Shown here one piece after another: positions 47,610 to 57,130 of a stretch of 64,000 nucleotides of DNA (positions within the stretch are counted from its first letter, which is position 1; each line of letters starts with the position of its first letter). The notes below the pieces were generated by a model that saw only the letters and a list, made by a program, of their open reading frames with translations, ran no database searches and was not told the DNA's origin. Origin of the DNA: Escherichia phage vB_EcoM_F1; the sequence record NC_054912.1, one strand, 5' to 3'. The position numbers were made by a program, and so were the translations under genes.

Positions 47610-48532
47610 TTCAATACCTCAATAGCATTACGTAAACCATTTGCTTTGGAGGTTAAAGCCTTAAGAACTTTAGTATGCTCTTCAATTTGTTTTTCAACTT
47701 CAGCCAAACGGGCATTGAGATATTCGCGTTCTTCTTTCATAGTATCATTCCCATGATTGGGTTTTGGTGCAGATTTAAATTCACTAGGGTCCTTTAACTT
47801 AATAACAAATTTAGTTTCAAACAGTGAAAGACCATAATTCGTATTATCATCAAAGGATTTAACTACATCCATATTAGATAATAACTCATGCAAATTATAA
47901 GACAAAGAACTAATAGTTTCATTGTGTTTATTAGCTTCGCGTGGTTTCATATACGGAAGATTTTTATATATCTCATGCGGAGCGCAAACGATAATTGACA
48001 ATTCAAATTGTCCATTCTGGGACGATGGAATGAATTTAGCCGTAACCCAGTCTTTTACATTCACATTAATAGTACGGTTATCACCATGACAAAACAGTCT
48101 ACGAGAATGCTTAAAAAGCATATTCACGTTATTATTGAATTCGTGTGAAAATTCACTAGCAAATTTTTCTTTACTATCTTTAGAAAACCATTCTTCTAAA
48201 TAAGTTCTTTTCACGTCGTTAATAATATTAAATGTAACAACACTAGCATTTGATACATTAGTCTCAATGTAGCTTGGATACATAAATTTTTTAACATTAT
48301 TAACAGCTATCACAGAAGATAGTAATCGGGAACGTTTGAACCACTCGAGCAAAGAACCAAGAGAATGTGAATACGCATTTTGTGTATCTTTACAAATATG
48401 GTTTTCCCATCCAATATAGTCTAAAAAATCACGAAGAATATTATTGATTACTGCTCTGTGTCCGATCTGATAATTACGGTGTTTAGTAATAAGACTGTCA
48501 AAATAATCAATATAATGTTTACGAGTTTTCAT
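47606..48532 (-). CDS. coiled-coil family protein, paralog 1 of 4 (308 aa)
   Basis: C-terminal heptad-rich segment; W..F...Q.L..AS+L core motif shared with the next three genes. Confidence 0.6.
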   Translation of the reverse strand: MKTRKHYIDYFDSLITKHRNYQIGHRAVINNILRDFLDYIGWENHICKDTQNAYSHSLGSLLEWFKRSRLLSSVIAVNNVKKFMYPSYIETNVSNASVVTFNIINDVKRTYLEEWFSKDSKEKFASEFSHEFNNNVNMLFKHSRRLFCHGDNRTINVNVKDWVTAKFIPSSQNGQFELSIIVCAPHEIYKNLPYMKPREANKHNETISSLSYNLHELLSNMDVVKSFDDNTNYGLSLFETKFVIKLKDPSEFKSAPKPNHGNDTMKEEREYLNARLAEVEKQIEEHTKVLKALTSKANGLRNAIEVLK

Positions 48533-48586
48533 GTTCTTCTCACTTGGTTAATGATTTATGCTCCGAGCCATCCTTGGCTTTAAATT

Positions 48587-49588
48587 TTACTTAATTAACT
48601 GTAAAGCTTGTTCAAGACGATCAAGGCGATTAACAGATTCTTCCCAAATCCTTTTAGCCTGCTCATATTCTTTGTGCGCTTTATTAGAAATTTCTAGAAC
48701 TTCTTTATAAGCTTTTTCTAATGCAATAACTTCTGGACGAATTTCTACCGGTTCAGGTGAATCATCAAGATTATCCATTAGTTCCTCAAGAGTAGTTTCT
48801 TCTTTAGGAGTATTCACAATTTCATCACATTTTTGTTGATAAATTTCTTTACTAGTAGGTGAATAAGTACATTTCACTTCACGAAGACTAACTACAATTT
48901 TATATCCTTCCCAACCACACAGATTTTTGAAAGGATATGTATGAATACTTTTTACAGTTTTCATACAGCCCAAAGCCGCCTCTAATTGATGAGTTGTGGT
49001 TCTAGCAATTGAGAAAAATTTATTAATATTCTTTTGGTTAGTTTCTGGTGTAAAAAATCTGTAATTAATAAAAATAGCTACTTTGTTTTTATCAAGCTCA
49101 TATTCTTCTGCTATAATCATATCATCAGCTAAGGGATGAATTTGACGATAATCGCCATAACATAATTTAGAAGCTGATTTTAGAATTTGCTTCGTAAAAC
49201 TCCTAAATTCACTAACCCAACGACGAGTAAAAATATTCTCAGGGTCTTCTTTATTATTAAGATGATAAGAATTAACATCACCGAACCAATTATATCCTAC
49301 TACATCTTTGGTTCGTTTAATTTCTTTCCCAAAATTACCAAGAATATCCCGATTAACCAAATATGAAAGAAGACGAGACTCTTTAAAAGTTTTCTTGATA
49401 ACATCTTTATCTACACGGCTAGAAATTTTACGAATTTCATGAATAAATTTAGTAGAAGAAACAATACTTGCATCAACACTATTGAGCCATTGATTGATAA
49501 TAGAAAGAACGATATTTTGACCAAACATCGGTATAGCTTTATCATCAATAACTCTATTGAATGATTTGATATATTCGTTACGAGTCAT
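48587..49588 (-). CDS. coiled-coil family protein, paralog 2 of 4 (333 aa)
   Basis: ATG at 49588 with GAGGAG RBS directly downstream of an early promoter; track ORF extends to 49639. Confidence 0.6.
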   Translation of the reverse strand: MTRNEYIKSFNRVIDDKAIPMFGQNIVLSIINQWLNSVDASIVSSTKFIHEIRKISSRVDKDVIKKTFKESRLLSYLVNRDILGNFGKEIKRTKDVVGYNWFGDVNSYHLNNKEDPENIFTRRWVSEFRSFTKQILKSASKLCYGDYRQIHPLADDMIIAEEYELDKNKVAIFINYRFFTPETNQKNINKFFSIARTTTHQLEAALGCMKTVKSIHTYPFKNLCGWEGYKIVVSLREVKCTYSPTSKEIYQQKCDEIVNTPKEETTLEELMDNLDDSPEPVEIRPEVIALEKAYKEVLEISNKAHKEYEQAKRIWEESVNRLDRLEQALQLIK

Positions 49589-49616
49589 AATAATCTCCTC
49601 AGTAGAAAGTAAGAAC

Positions 49617-49646
49617 ATTATACCACATCCTTGTGGCAAAGTAAAC
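49617..49646 (-). promoter_or_regulatory. T4-type early promoter
   Basis: minus strand GTTTACtttgccacaaggatgTGGTATAAT. Confidence 0.5.
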
Positions 49647-50671
49647 TAGTTCAGTGCATTTAGTGCATTGTTCAGTTTAGAACGTTGCTTTGTCAGATTT
49701 TGAACCCTTGACTGAGCTTGTTCTAACGCCTTTTCAGCTTCTAGCACTTCATTGGTCGCTTTAACGAGTTCATCATCTACTGCCTTAAGAGACTTCTCAA
49801 TCGCGTCAGCGTGCCATTTTTCTACAGGTTTAAAATTTGAATTTTCAGTAGGAAGAAAACTCACTTTATTAAGTTTACATGCATCTATATTGCTTGAGCT
49901 ATACATCCAAAATTTAGGATCGTTTGATAAGTAATTGGATAAATTTAAATTTAAGTTATCTTGTACTTCCTGCTTTTTCTCTTGCGTGACTTCGTCCTTT
50001 CTCAAAAAATCGTATTTAAATGAAACGATCATATCAAGTTCATACGTTGTTGTGTCTAACTTAAATCGTTCAAAACGAGGTAAAATCTTAGATTGAACAG
50101 CAGCAACAACATCCATATACTTAAATGCTTCTGTCAACTGTGATTTAAGGCATTCACAAATTGAAAGAGAATTTTTTGTATTAGGTTTAAAGCTAATTCG
50201 CGCAGTTCTATTATTTTCTTTTAATGGTCTTACTTCCATTTGAAGAGTATAACCATCAAATTTCAGATTCTTTAAGTTAATATCAGAACCTTTTAATCGA
50301 CTAGCAGTAGACAAAATTTGCTTTAATTGTCTACGGAACAGAGCAATAAATCTCCATTCAATACGATAATGATTTGGATTGAAAAATCCAGATGATAAAT
50401 CGACCTTACTCTGACCAACGCCTTGAACAAATAGAGGATTTTTATAATCAATAGTTTTACAGAAATCGGTGAGCTGTTCACGAGCAGTCATTTGTGTAAT
50501 ATATCCAGCTTTATCAAAATGACGTAACCATTCACTGCTATTCATATACTTAAAGTGAATATCACGATTAACTTTATCAGGGTCTAAATTATTTTGGCAC
50601 AAAAATGTCATAACATCACGAGTATAGCTGGCATTACGAACCATATCTTCAATTTGAGAACGAGTTTTCAT
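49646..50671 (-). CDS. coiled-coil family protein, paralog 3 of 4 (341 aa)
   Basis: motif YRIEWRFIALFRRQLKQILSTASRL aligns with paralog 2 RRWVSEFRSFTKQILKSASKL. Confidence 0.6.
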   Translation of the reverse strand: MKTRSQIEDMVRNASYTRDVMTFLCQNNLDPDKVNRDIHFKYMNSSEWLRHFDKAGYITQMTAREQLTDFCKTIDYKNPLFVQGVGQSKVDLSSGFFNPNHYRIEWRFIALFRRQLKQILSTASRLKGSDINLKNLKFDGYTLQMEVRPLKENNRTARISFKPNTKNSLSICECLKSQLTEAFKYMDVVAAVQSKILPRFERFKLDTTTYELDMIVSFKYDFLRKDEVTQEKKQEVQDNLNLNLSNYLSNDPKFWMYSSSNIDACKLNKVSFLPTENSNFKPVEKWHADAIEKSLKAVDDELVKATNEVLEAEKALEQAQSRVQNLTKQRSKLNNALNALN

Positions 50672-50679
50672 AGTGTTCC

Positions 50680-51588
50680 TTAAGATTTAAGTAAATCAAC
50701 AATTTTAATTAATTTTTCACGCTCAGATTTAGCTTTACTACTCAATCCAGATAGTCTGAAAATTTCATCGTCATACTGTTGAATAGAAATATTCAGCTCT
50801 TCAATTTGCTTATTAAAATAATCAATTTGTTCAGAATGTTTTTCGTTACTACGAACTGGTACAGGTTTTGTAGGTAATTTAGATGAACTGGATTCATCCG
50901 GGCGATAAATTAAAATACAACTTGAACCAATAGGGCATTTTGCACCAGATGAATATTCTAATGTTCCGGCTTCTTTTAAAACTTCAAAAGCTAAACAGAG
51001 ATGATGCCCCATATTAACATAATCAGTAGAGCGAGCTCTGATATAATAATCATCGCCGCGAATACTAAATTTAAAGCATTTAAGGTCTTCTGTATTATTG
51101 GTCTTAAAAATCATTTGTTTATCTAGACCTTTAGCTAATCGAGCGCCTAATGCTAATAATCGTCGTTGATTTTCCCACAAATCCGCAATCATTTGATCAA
51201 ATGATAATTTCGGCATTAGTCGACCATAAAGGTCGTATCCTTTATTATAATTGCGAAGGATTTCACTCGCATTAATACGAGACAATGCTCCAATTTTATT
51301 AAGGGCTTTCATGATGCGATTAGATAAACCCATTCCAGACCCATTTGTTCGTTGTAAATGTTTATCTAATCCAAACCCAATATCAACTTTAAATTTATCT
51401 AAAATTTCAGCATGAACATCTCTGTCAATAACATTCAAATCCAAAGTTGGGTTAAATCTATGAAAAAATTTATCTGGCTCTCCACGACGAAGTACAGTCC
51501 ATTCATTCAATTTTTTATTAACTAAAGATTTAATTACTGCATTGACATTATTAATTACGACTGACATATTTTCCTCACTCAATTTCAA
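50680..51588 (-). CDS. coiled-coil family protein, paralog 4 of 4 (302 aa)
   Basis: more divergent; retains W.NQRRLLALGARLAKGL core and C-terminal coiled coil. Confidence 0.55.
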   Translation of the reverse strand: MKLSEENMSVVINNVNAVIKSLVNKKLNEWTVLRRGEPDKFFHRFNPTLDLNVIDRDVHAEILDKFKVDIGFGLDKHLQRTNGSGMGLSNRIMKALNKIGALSRINASEILRNYNKGYDLYGRLMPKLSFDQMIADLWENQRRLLALGARLAKGLDKQMIFKTNNTEDLKCFKFSIRGDDYYIRARSTDYVNMGHHLCLAFEVLKEAGTLEYSSGAKCPIGSSCILIYRPDESSSSKLPTKPVPVRSNEKHSEQIDYFNKQIEELNISIQQYDDEIFRLSGLSSKAKSEREKLIKIVDLLKS

Positions 51589-51982
51589 TTTTACTAAATA
51601 CGCAGAATATGATGGAAAAGACTATATAAGCACCACACACAGATTGAACTAATACCATTCCAAAGAACCAAACAATATTATCAAACAATGTCTGTTTTAC
51701 GTCGAAAGGACGTAAACTTACAGTAATATTATCGCCTTTTTCTATTGATGAATACATCTCTGGGGAAATATATTCGCTAAATCTATAACCGTCATTGAGT
51801 TCATATACAGCAATAAACGATAAACTAGATCCCTTTCCTTGAGTTCCTGTAAGGGTATTAACTACAGTAACATCATAATCTTTATAATGCATATAATCAT
51901 TAATTGCGTAATAACCATATGCAATTACTATACATAAACAACATATCAATAAATTCAATCTTTTAATTATCAACTGTTTCAT
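51575..51982 (-). CDS. membrane protein (135 aa, N- and C-terminal hydrophobic helices)
   Basis: LLICCLCIVIAYGYYAI and IVWFFGMVLVQSVCGAYIVFSIIFCVF segments. Confidence 0.5.
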   Translation of the reverse strand: MKQLIIKRLNLLICCLCIVIAYGYYAINDYMHYKDYDVTVVNTLTGTQGKGSSLSFIAVYELNDGYRFSEYISPEMYSSIEKGDNITVSLRPFDVKQTLFDNIVWFFGMVLVQSVCGAYIVFSIIFCVFSKIEIE

Positions 51983-52037
51983 AATAATCTCAGTTAAAAG
52001 GGCTTAGAACCATTATACCATCCTTGGTATAAAGCGG

Positions 52038-52565
52038 TTATGCGAGTACCGTCTTTAACCGTTCTTCAAACTTCCGAAGAGTATTCTGGCGTTCAGCTCT
52101 TTGCTTTTTGTAAGTTTCAATACGCTCTGAAATGAGAGTGTATCGTTCATTTACTGATTCTTTCATAAAATCAGGAATTTCACGAGAAGATTTAATCTCG
52201 TCAAATTTATCAATAACAGCTTGCTCTTCAGCAATTAAGTTATCATACATCAAAATATCTTTCTTGATGAACTCAATATCTTCTTGAGTTACACGAGATA
52301 ATTTAGATGCTTTATCCTTTTTGTACTGTTCATTAGTATCACGAGACCAGTGTAATGTACGATTTTTATTCGTATTTTTGTAAATTTCTACAATACCGAT
52401 CTCATCAATAATAACGATCCAATTCCAACGAGATTTGTAAATTTGCCCTCCATCAACCGTGATTTCACCTCCGATTGAGATGTCATTAAAGAACTTGCTT
52501 TGTGCTTCAGATTTAAATTTACCATCATTGTAGTTTACCAAGTTGAAAATATCTTTAGCATTCAT
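52038..52565 (-). CDS. hypothetical protein (175 aa)
   Basis: ATG at 52565 with GGAGGA RBS downstream of an early promoter; track ORF extends through the promoter. Confidence 0.5.
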   Translation of the reverse strand: MNAKDIFNLVNYNDGKFKSEAQSKFFNDISIGGEITVDGGQIYKSRWNWIVIIDEIGIVEIYKNTNKNRTLHWSRDTNEQYKKDKASKLSRVTQEDIEFIKKDILMYDNLIAEEQAVIDKFDEIKSSREIPDFMKESVNERYTLISERIETYKKQRAERQNTLRKFEERLKTVLA

Positions 52566-52591
52566 TTTCTGTTCCTCCGTAGTTGATAGTT

Positions 52592-52623
52592 GTATAGTAC
52601 CACAGAGGAACGGTCTTGTAAAC
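52592..52623 (-). promoter_or_regulatory. T4-type early promoter (TGGTACTATAC variant)
   Basis: minus strand GTTTACaagaccgttcctctgTGGTACTATACaactatcaactac. Confidence 0.45.
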
Positions 52624-52625
52624 AA

Positions 52626-52940
52626 CTAAAAGAAACTTCTTTCACAATTTTTTCCACTGAACCACGCGCTCACTGCTTTCTTAGTCTCAGGAGCAGTGTT
52701 ATCCATAAACCATTCAAAGGCAGCCTTTTTATGATTCTGGAGAGCTTCTCGGGCTTTAATCTGCTCACGGTCTATTAACACTAACATATGAGCCTTTCTT
52801 GTCACCAAGGGCTTCTTATGATTCTTGGAGTATTCCCAGTCATTTGTCCAACGCATTGTCGTTGCGAACTGAAATACTGCTTCTTTAATTTTAGTTTCGT
52901 AAATTTCACGAGCCTTTGAGTATAACATCATTACCTCCAT
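52626..52940 (-). CDS. hypothetical protein (104 aa)
   Basis: track ORF. Confidence 0.45.
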   Translation of the reverse strand: MEVMMLYSKAREIYETKIKEAVFQFATTMRWTNDWEYSKNHKKPLVTRKAHMLVLIDREQIKAREALQNHKKAAFEWFMDNTAPETKKAVSAWFSGKNCERSFF

Positions 52941-53029
52941 TTACCAGTTTAATTCTAGTCATCTTTTTGATGGCAGTCCATATAATCTATTTCTGAACTG
53001 CCTTTTTGTCATAGAAGGCCTCTTATGAA

Positions 53030-53998
53030 TTATTTCAGAAGAGTAACCTCAGCAATTTCTTCCCAACCATTTTTGTCGGTCATAATAAAGTCAGCAAGAT
53101 AAAGAGCAGTACGCAGTGAAACATTGCGTAAACGATTAACATTGACTTTCATCCATGATAATGCTTTATAAGTTTCTTCATCAGAAAGACCGCGCTTTTG
53201 CATCATGTCAGTTGAAAGAATAACATCTTCAACCCTGACCATAATTTCTTCATTAGTGTGAACACCCAAATCCAAATAAACCGAGCGGGACACTAATGCT
53301 TGTAAATGTGGAGCAAGTTTAGTACCACGGTCTAATTCGCGGTCAATGTCAACGTTTGTGATAAAAACAATCGTTCCTTTAAATTCAAACTCACGCTCAA
53401 TGCCTTTTTCTTCTAAGTAAGAAGATGCAGTGCTCCAGCAGACTTTACGGGTCTCTCCAGTGTCCAGAGCAGCTTTCAGAAGATTAAGAATGTCCATATC
53501 AGAGAAAACATCCACATCATCAATCAAAAGGACAGAATTCTCTTCACGATTATTCCAAAGCTGTTCATAAAGACCGATACCAGAGATTTTACCATTAATG
53601 CTTTTATACTCAATGTATCCAATGTCATTTGCTTTATTTAAAGCTTTATCTAAAGAATACGTTTTACCAATACCCGCCGCACCAGAGATAATTAATGAAC
53701 GAATGTTTCCGTTAATAATACCATTCGTCATCATTCCCATAACATTAAATCTTTTATTAATGCGGGTTTTCATATCTTCATATGATTCTTTAACTTCTTC
53801 AACTTTTACACCATCATATGAAATGTCTGATTTGTAAACCCAAACACCGCGACGCTTACCGTCAATTTCAACAAAAACTTTACCATCTCCTTGTGCATCT
53901 ACCGGAGCATTATCTGGGAACCATTCACCTAAGAGCTCAAAAGTTCCAGAGATTTCTTTACCGAAGTAGATACCCTTATTGATAGTTACAGTTTTCAT
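53030..53998 (-). CDS. P-loop AAA+-type ATPase (322 aa)
   Basis: Walker A GAAGIGKT, Walker B LLIDDVD, sensor-like FITN; ATG at 53998 with GGAGAA RBS (track start is GTG). Confidence 0.6.
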   Translation of the reverse strand: MKTVTINKGIYFGKEISGTFELLGEWFPDNAPVDAQGDGKVFVEIDGKRRGVWVYKSDISYDGVKVEEVKESYEDMKTRINKRFNVMGMMTNGIINGNIRSLIISGAAGIGKTYSLDKALNKANDIGYIEYKSINGKISGIGLYEQLWNNREENSVLLIDDVDVFSDMDILNLLKAALDTGETRKVCWSTASSYLEEKGIEREFEFKGTIVFITNVDIDRELDRGTKLAPHLQALVSRSVYLDLGVHTNEEIMVRVEDVILSTDMMQKRGLSDEETYKALSWMKVNVNRLRNVSLRTALYLADFIMTDKNGWEEIAEVTLLK

Positions 53999-54033
53999 TT
54001 TATTCTCCAATCTCACATTTGTTTTGATAGGGT

Positions 54034-54064
54034 AATAGTATCACACTACTACCCTTCTGTAAAC
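54034..54064 (-). promoter_or_regulatory. T4-type early promoter
   Basis: minus strand GTTTACagaagggtagtagtgTGATACTATTACC. Confidence 0.4.
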
Positions 54065-54067
54065 AAT

Positions 54068-54331
54068 TTATTTTAACGTTCGCCAAATTTTTACTGCTTC
54101 ACGGCGAGATACTTCTACAGCTCCAAGTTCTACAGCTTTTTGGCGTCGCCGAGCGTGTAAGTCATAATGTTTAATGCGTTTATCTTGAAACCAAGAACGT
54201 TTCATTCCTATTGCTTCTGCCATTTCGTGAAGCTCTTCAATATCTCCATCAGTGAACATATGACAATTTTTAGTTGGATGACCGCGAAGTTTCCATCCAT
54301 GATTCATTAAAACATCTACGTAAACTGTCAT
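54068..54331 (-). CDS. hypothetical protein (87 aa)
   Basis: track ORF. Confidence 0.45.
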   Translation of the reverse strand: MTVYVDVLMNHGWKLRGHPTKNCHMFTDGDIEELHEMAEAIGMKRSWFQDKRIKHYDLHARRRQKAVELGAVEVSRREAVKIWRTLK

Positions 54332-54477
54332 TGATTCTTCTCCAAATAAGTTTCGATAATTTTCTGGGCGAGATAAACCGCGTTATCTTCAGTTGCGTCT
54401 TCTAAGAAACTTTCAAAACACTCTGAAATTTCTTCTGTATCAATCAACTTTTTTACTTCAATTGGTGTAATTTTCAT
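54328..54477 (-). CDS. small acidic hypothetical protein (49 aa)
   Basis: manually translated MKITPIEVKKLIDTEEISECFESFLEDATEDNAVYLAQKIIETYLEKNQ; ATGA overlap with downstream gene. Confidence 0.35.
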   Translation of the reverse strand: MKITPIEVKKLIDTEEISECFESFLEDATEDNAVYLAQKIIETYLEKNQ

Positions 54478-54511
54478 TTTGTTTTCCGTTTAAGTGTTTG
54501 TTTTGATAGTT

Positions 54512-54543
54512 GTATAGTACCATAAAGCTTTATGCTTGTAAAC
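54512..54543 (-). promoter_or_regulatory. T4-type early promoter (TGGTACTATAC variant)
   Basis: minus strand GTTTACaagcataaagctttaTGGTACTATACaactatcaaaac. Confidence 0.45.
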
Positions 54544-54573
54544 AACTTTGTGAAAAATTTTTGAAATAAAAAA

Positions 54574-54591
54574 GGGAGCCCGAAGGCTCCC
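54574..54591 (-). terminator. strong stem-loop gggagcc-cgaa-ggctccc with U-run
   Basis: 7-bp GC stem, UUCG loop, minus RNA followed by uuuuuuauuuc. Confidence 0.6.
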
Positions 54592-54593
54592 TA

Positions 54594-55607
54594 TCATTTA
54601 TAATAACTTCGGTGGTTTTCAAGATAGACCTTCTCAAGGAAGTCATCCCAGAAACCCATGTCTACTTTTTGCTGCATACCGTTCTTAGAAGCTTCAGTAG
54701 ATGCTGCTTCTACTTGATCGACCACATCTTCCAAAAACTCTTGAACTGTTTTAAATGGATGCTTACCCAACTTCACGTCGAGAATAAATGGAGCATCTTG
54801 GAGTGGATAAACCAAGTCACCAGTTTTGTAAATTTCCAATAGTTGGAGTCCACCACGGCAAGCATGACTCAGAGCTTTCCAGTCAATACCTTCATTGGCT
54901 TCGGCCTTACGAGCGCGTTCACCATATTCAGCATCTAATTTGTTCAGTGACTGCTTAAGCTCAATAAGAGAAAGAGTTGTCTGATATTTACGACCCAACA
55001 CTGTGTAAAACGTCTGTGGGCCTGTTTTCTCATGATTATGGAACACCCATTCACAGAATTCGTTTTCTGGAAGACGATGCTTAATATCTTCAACTTTAGT
55101 ACGACGCTGCTTAATGGAACCGTCTTCTTGGTAATCAACCCATTGCTCAGGGATTTGATTAACTACTTTCAATACATCGCGTAATGCAGCCAAACGAGAA
55201 CCCTTAACGCCGTATTTAGAAGCTTGCTTACGGACATATCCTAAATATGATTTCATGTTAGTCGTATAAAAACGAGAACGGTTGTCTTGAATAAACTTCC
55301 ATACATCAGGCAAATCAGATTTAACCACTAGTTCAGGCGGAGTGTGAAGCATATCCAATGCTACAGTTTCACCATCTGCCGCTAATTTAAAGAAATACTT
55401 AAGACTGTATAGTTCATGGTCAATATCATCTTTAGTGTTTTTAGATGATGTGTTGTTAGTGTTTTTGCTCATATGCTCTTTAACATTTCCGATAAGAATA
55501 TCGCGAGCAGGAGGAACAAAAATTTCTTTAAAATCTACATCAGATTCTGGAGTAGAAGTTCCATAAAGATGACTACCAAAATAGCTTTTCATTACTGTTT
55601 TCATCAT
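54594..55607 (-). CDS. Pol-beta-superfamily nucleotidyltransferase-fold protein (337 aa)
   Basis: GS(x10)DVD motif FGSHLYGTSTPESDVDF plus downstream acidic residue (ALDML), followed by helical C-terminal domain. Confidence 0.55.
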   Translation of the reverse strand: MMKTVMKSYFGSHLYGTSTPESDVDFKEIFVPPARDILIGNVKEHMSKNTNNTSSKNTKDDIDHELYSLKYFFKLAADGETVALDMLHTPPELVVKSDLPDVWKFIQDNRSRFYTTNMKSYLGYVRKQASKYGVKGSRLAALRDVLKVVNQIPEQWVDYQEDGSIKQRRTKVEDIKHRLPENEFCEWVFHNHEKTGPQTFYTVLGRKYQTTLSLIELKQSLNKLDAEYGERARKAEANEGIDWKALSHACRGGLQLLEIYKTGDLVYPLQDAPFILDVKLGKHPFKTVQEFLEDVVDQVEAASTEASKNGMQQKVDMGFWDDFLEKVYLENHRSYYK

Positions 55608-56065
55608 TCAGCCTTATATTCAATAACAGGACATACTTTAGCTTTACGAGCTTTTAAAAATTCAACGATAATCGATTTCTTGGGTTGAATAGGAGGTAAA
55701 CCTTTATTTTTCCTATCAATGTTTTCTACGTGTAAAGCATAATCCTTTTTCCATTTATAATCTTTATATTTTTCACGCAAATGTACAGGAATAACAAATG
55801 AACCAATAATAAGTAAAACAAGCAAAATGGCAAGTATAAATGCTGATGGAAGCAAAGTCCATAAACTACCGAAAATAAGCCATCGTTGTAAGCTTTCTGC
55901 ACAAATAATTGTTAGCCCTACGAGTATAGCACACCCAAAAATAGAAACGAAAAATGTAGGGATAACAATAGACCAAAAATATGCGCATAGTGTCTTAGGT
56001 CGTTGCCATTCATCGTTAAACAATTTGAATAATTTATAGTGCCAAGAGTTTTCATTAATAATCAT
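55604..56065 (-). CDS. polytopic membrane protein (153 aa)
   Basis: three to four hydrophobic helices; ATGA overlap with upstream stop. Confidence 0.5.
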   Translation of the reverse strand: MIINENSWHYKLFKLFNDEWQRPKTLCAYFWSIVIPTFFVSIFGCAILVGLTIICAESLQRWLIFGSLWTLLPSAFILAILLVLLIIGSFVIPVHLREKYKDYKWKKDYALHVENIDRKNKGLPPIQPKKSIIVEFLKARKAKVCPVIEYKAE

Positions 56066-56067
56066 AA

Positions 56068-56589
56068 CTATCCTTTCATTGAAGGCGTAACAGTTGTTAA
56101 ATACTTAATCATAGCTTCAGCTTCTGATTTTGATAGTGAAATTTCTCCATTGTTTTGACGAATAGAAATAAAATCCGGATGACGGTCACCACCAGCTTTT
56201 AAAACACACATATAAGTATCAGTTTCATCTTCAATATCTGAAATGATTGAAGCAGTTCCACATGAATGTGGTTTTTGATAAATCAATACAGCTTTTCTTC
56301 CACCGTTTGACTGTTCATAAACTTTTAACACATCAAACAAATCGCTTCTTTTATCAATAGCTAAGATGTTGTTTTCATCTTCAATATTAAATCCTTCGGA
56401 TACTTCATAAAGTGTCACCCATAAATCACCAATATCAATAACAGCGTTCACTTTTCCATGACTTTCAAGAGCATTACAAATTTTCTTAATTTCATCATAA
56501 CTCATTTTAATAATATCATCTCCTTGAATAAGGAAGATGTCATTTTTAAATTCAACACGAATTAAACCACTTCCACTTGAAATAAACAT
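56068..56589 (-). CDS. hypothetical protein (173 aa), paralog of 56596..57129
   Basis: shared C-terminal segment (EAEAMIKYLTTVTPSM vs DEAIALKTYLDSVIPTM). Confidence 0.5.
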   Translation of the reverse strand: MFISSGSGLIRVEFKNDIFLIQGDDIIKMSYDEIKKICNALESHGKVNAVIDIGDLWVTLYEVSEGFNIEDENNILAIDKRSDLFDVLKVYEQSNGGRKAVLIYQKPHSCGTASIISDIEDETDTYMCVLKAGGDRHPDFISIRQNNGEISLSKSEAEAMIKYLTTVTPSMKG

Positions 56590-56595
56590 ATTTCC

Positions 56596-57129
56596 TCACT
56601 TTGAAATCATAGTTGGAATGACAGAATCGAGATAAGTCTTTAGCGCAATAGCTTCGTCTTTGGTAAATGTGACAATATACGATCGAAAATCATCAATTTG
56701 ACGAATAGTTAAGACATCACCATCTTCATAGCATTTTGATACGTTTAAAACAGTTTCATCATTCTGATTGCAAGCGTTAGTAATAATAGCATTGCAATTT
56801 TTGAGCCATTTTAAACTATGTTTTCTTTCATTAGAATAATAAAAATATTTAATCTTATCTATAAAACTATCCCAATGGATAACTGATAAACACATTGACT
56901 CACTTTTAATATTAAATCCTGGGCATGAAGAATAAAAATGAATTTTGTGCTCATCATTGATGCTTACTATTTTATCAGTATAAGGATATTCAATTTGGGT
57001 TAAATGAATGATTTCACTAGGCGTAAAATATAGCATATCGTCTTCTTGTGTCAAACGATACATATTATTTACTTTTTCTATAGCTAATTCACCAAAAAGC
57101 GGACTAACTTCTAATACTAATCGTTTCAT
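56596..57129 (-). CDS. hypothetical protein (177 aa), paralog of 56068..56589
   Basis: ATG at 57129 with AAGGA RBS; track ORF extends to 57150. Confidence 0.5.
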   Translation of the reverse strand: MKRLVLEVSPLFGELAIEKVNNMYRLTQEDDMLYFTPSEIIHLTQIEYPYTDKIVSINDEHKIHFYSSCPGFNIKSESMCLSVIHWDSFIDKIKYFYYSNERKHSLKWLKNCNAIITNACNQNDETVLNVSKCYEDGDVLTIRQIDDFRSYIVTFTKDEAIALKTYLDSVIPTMISK

Positions 57130-57130
57130 A

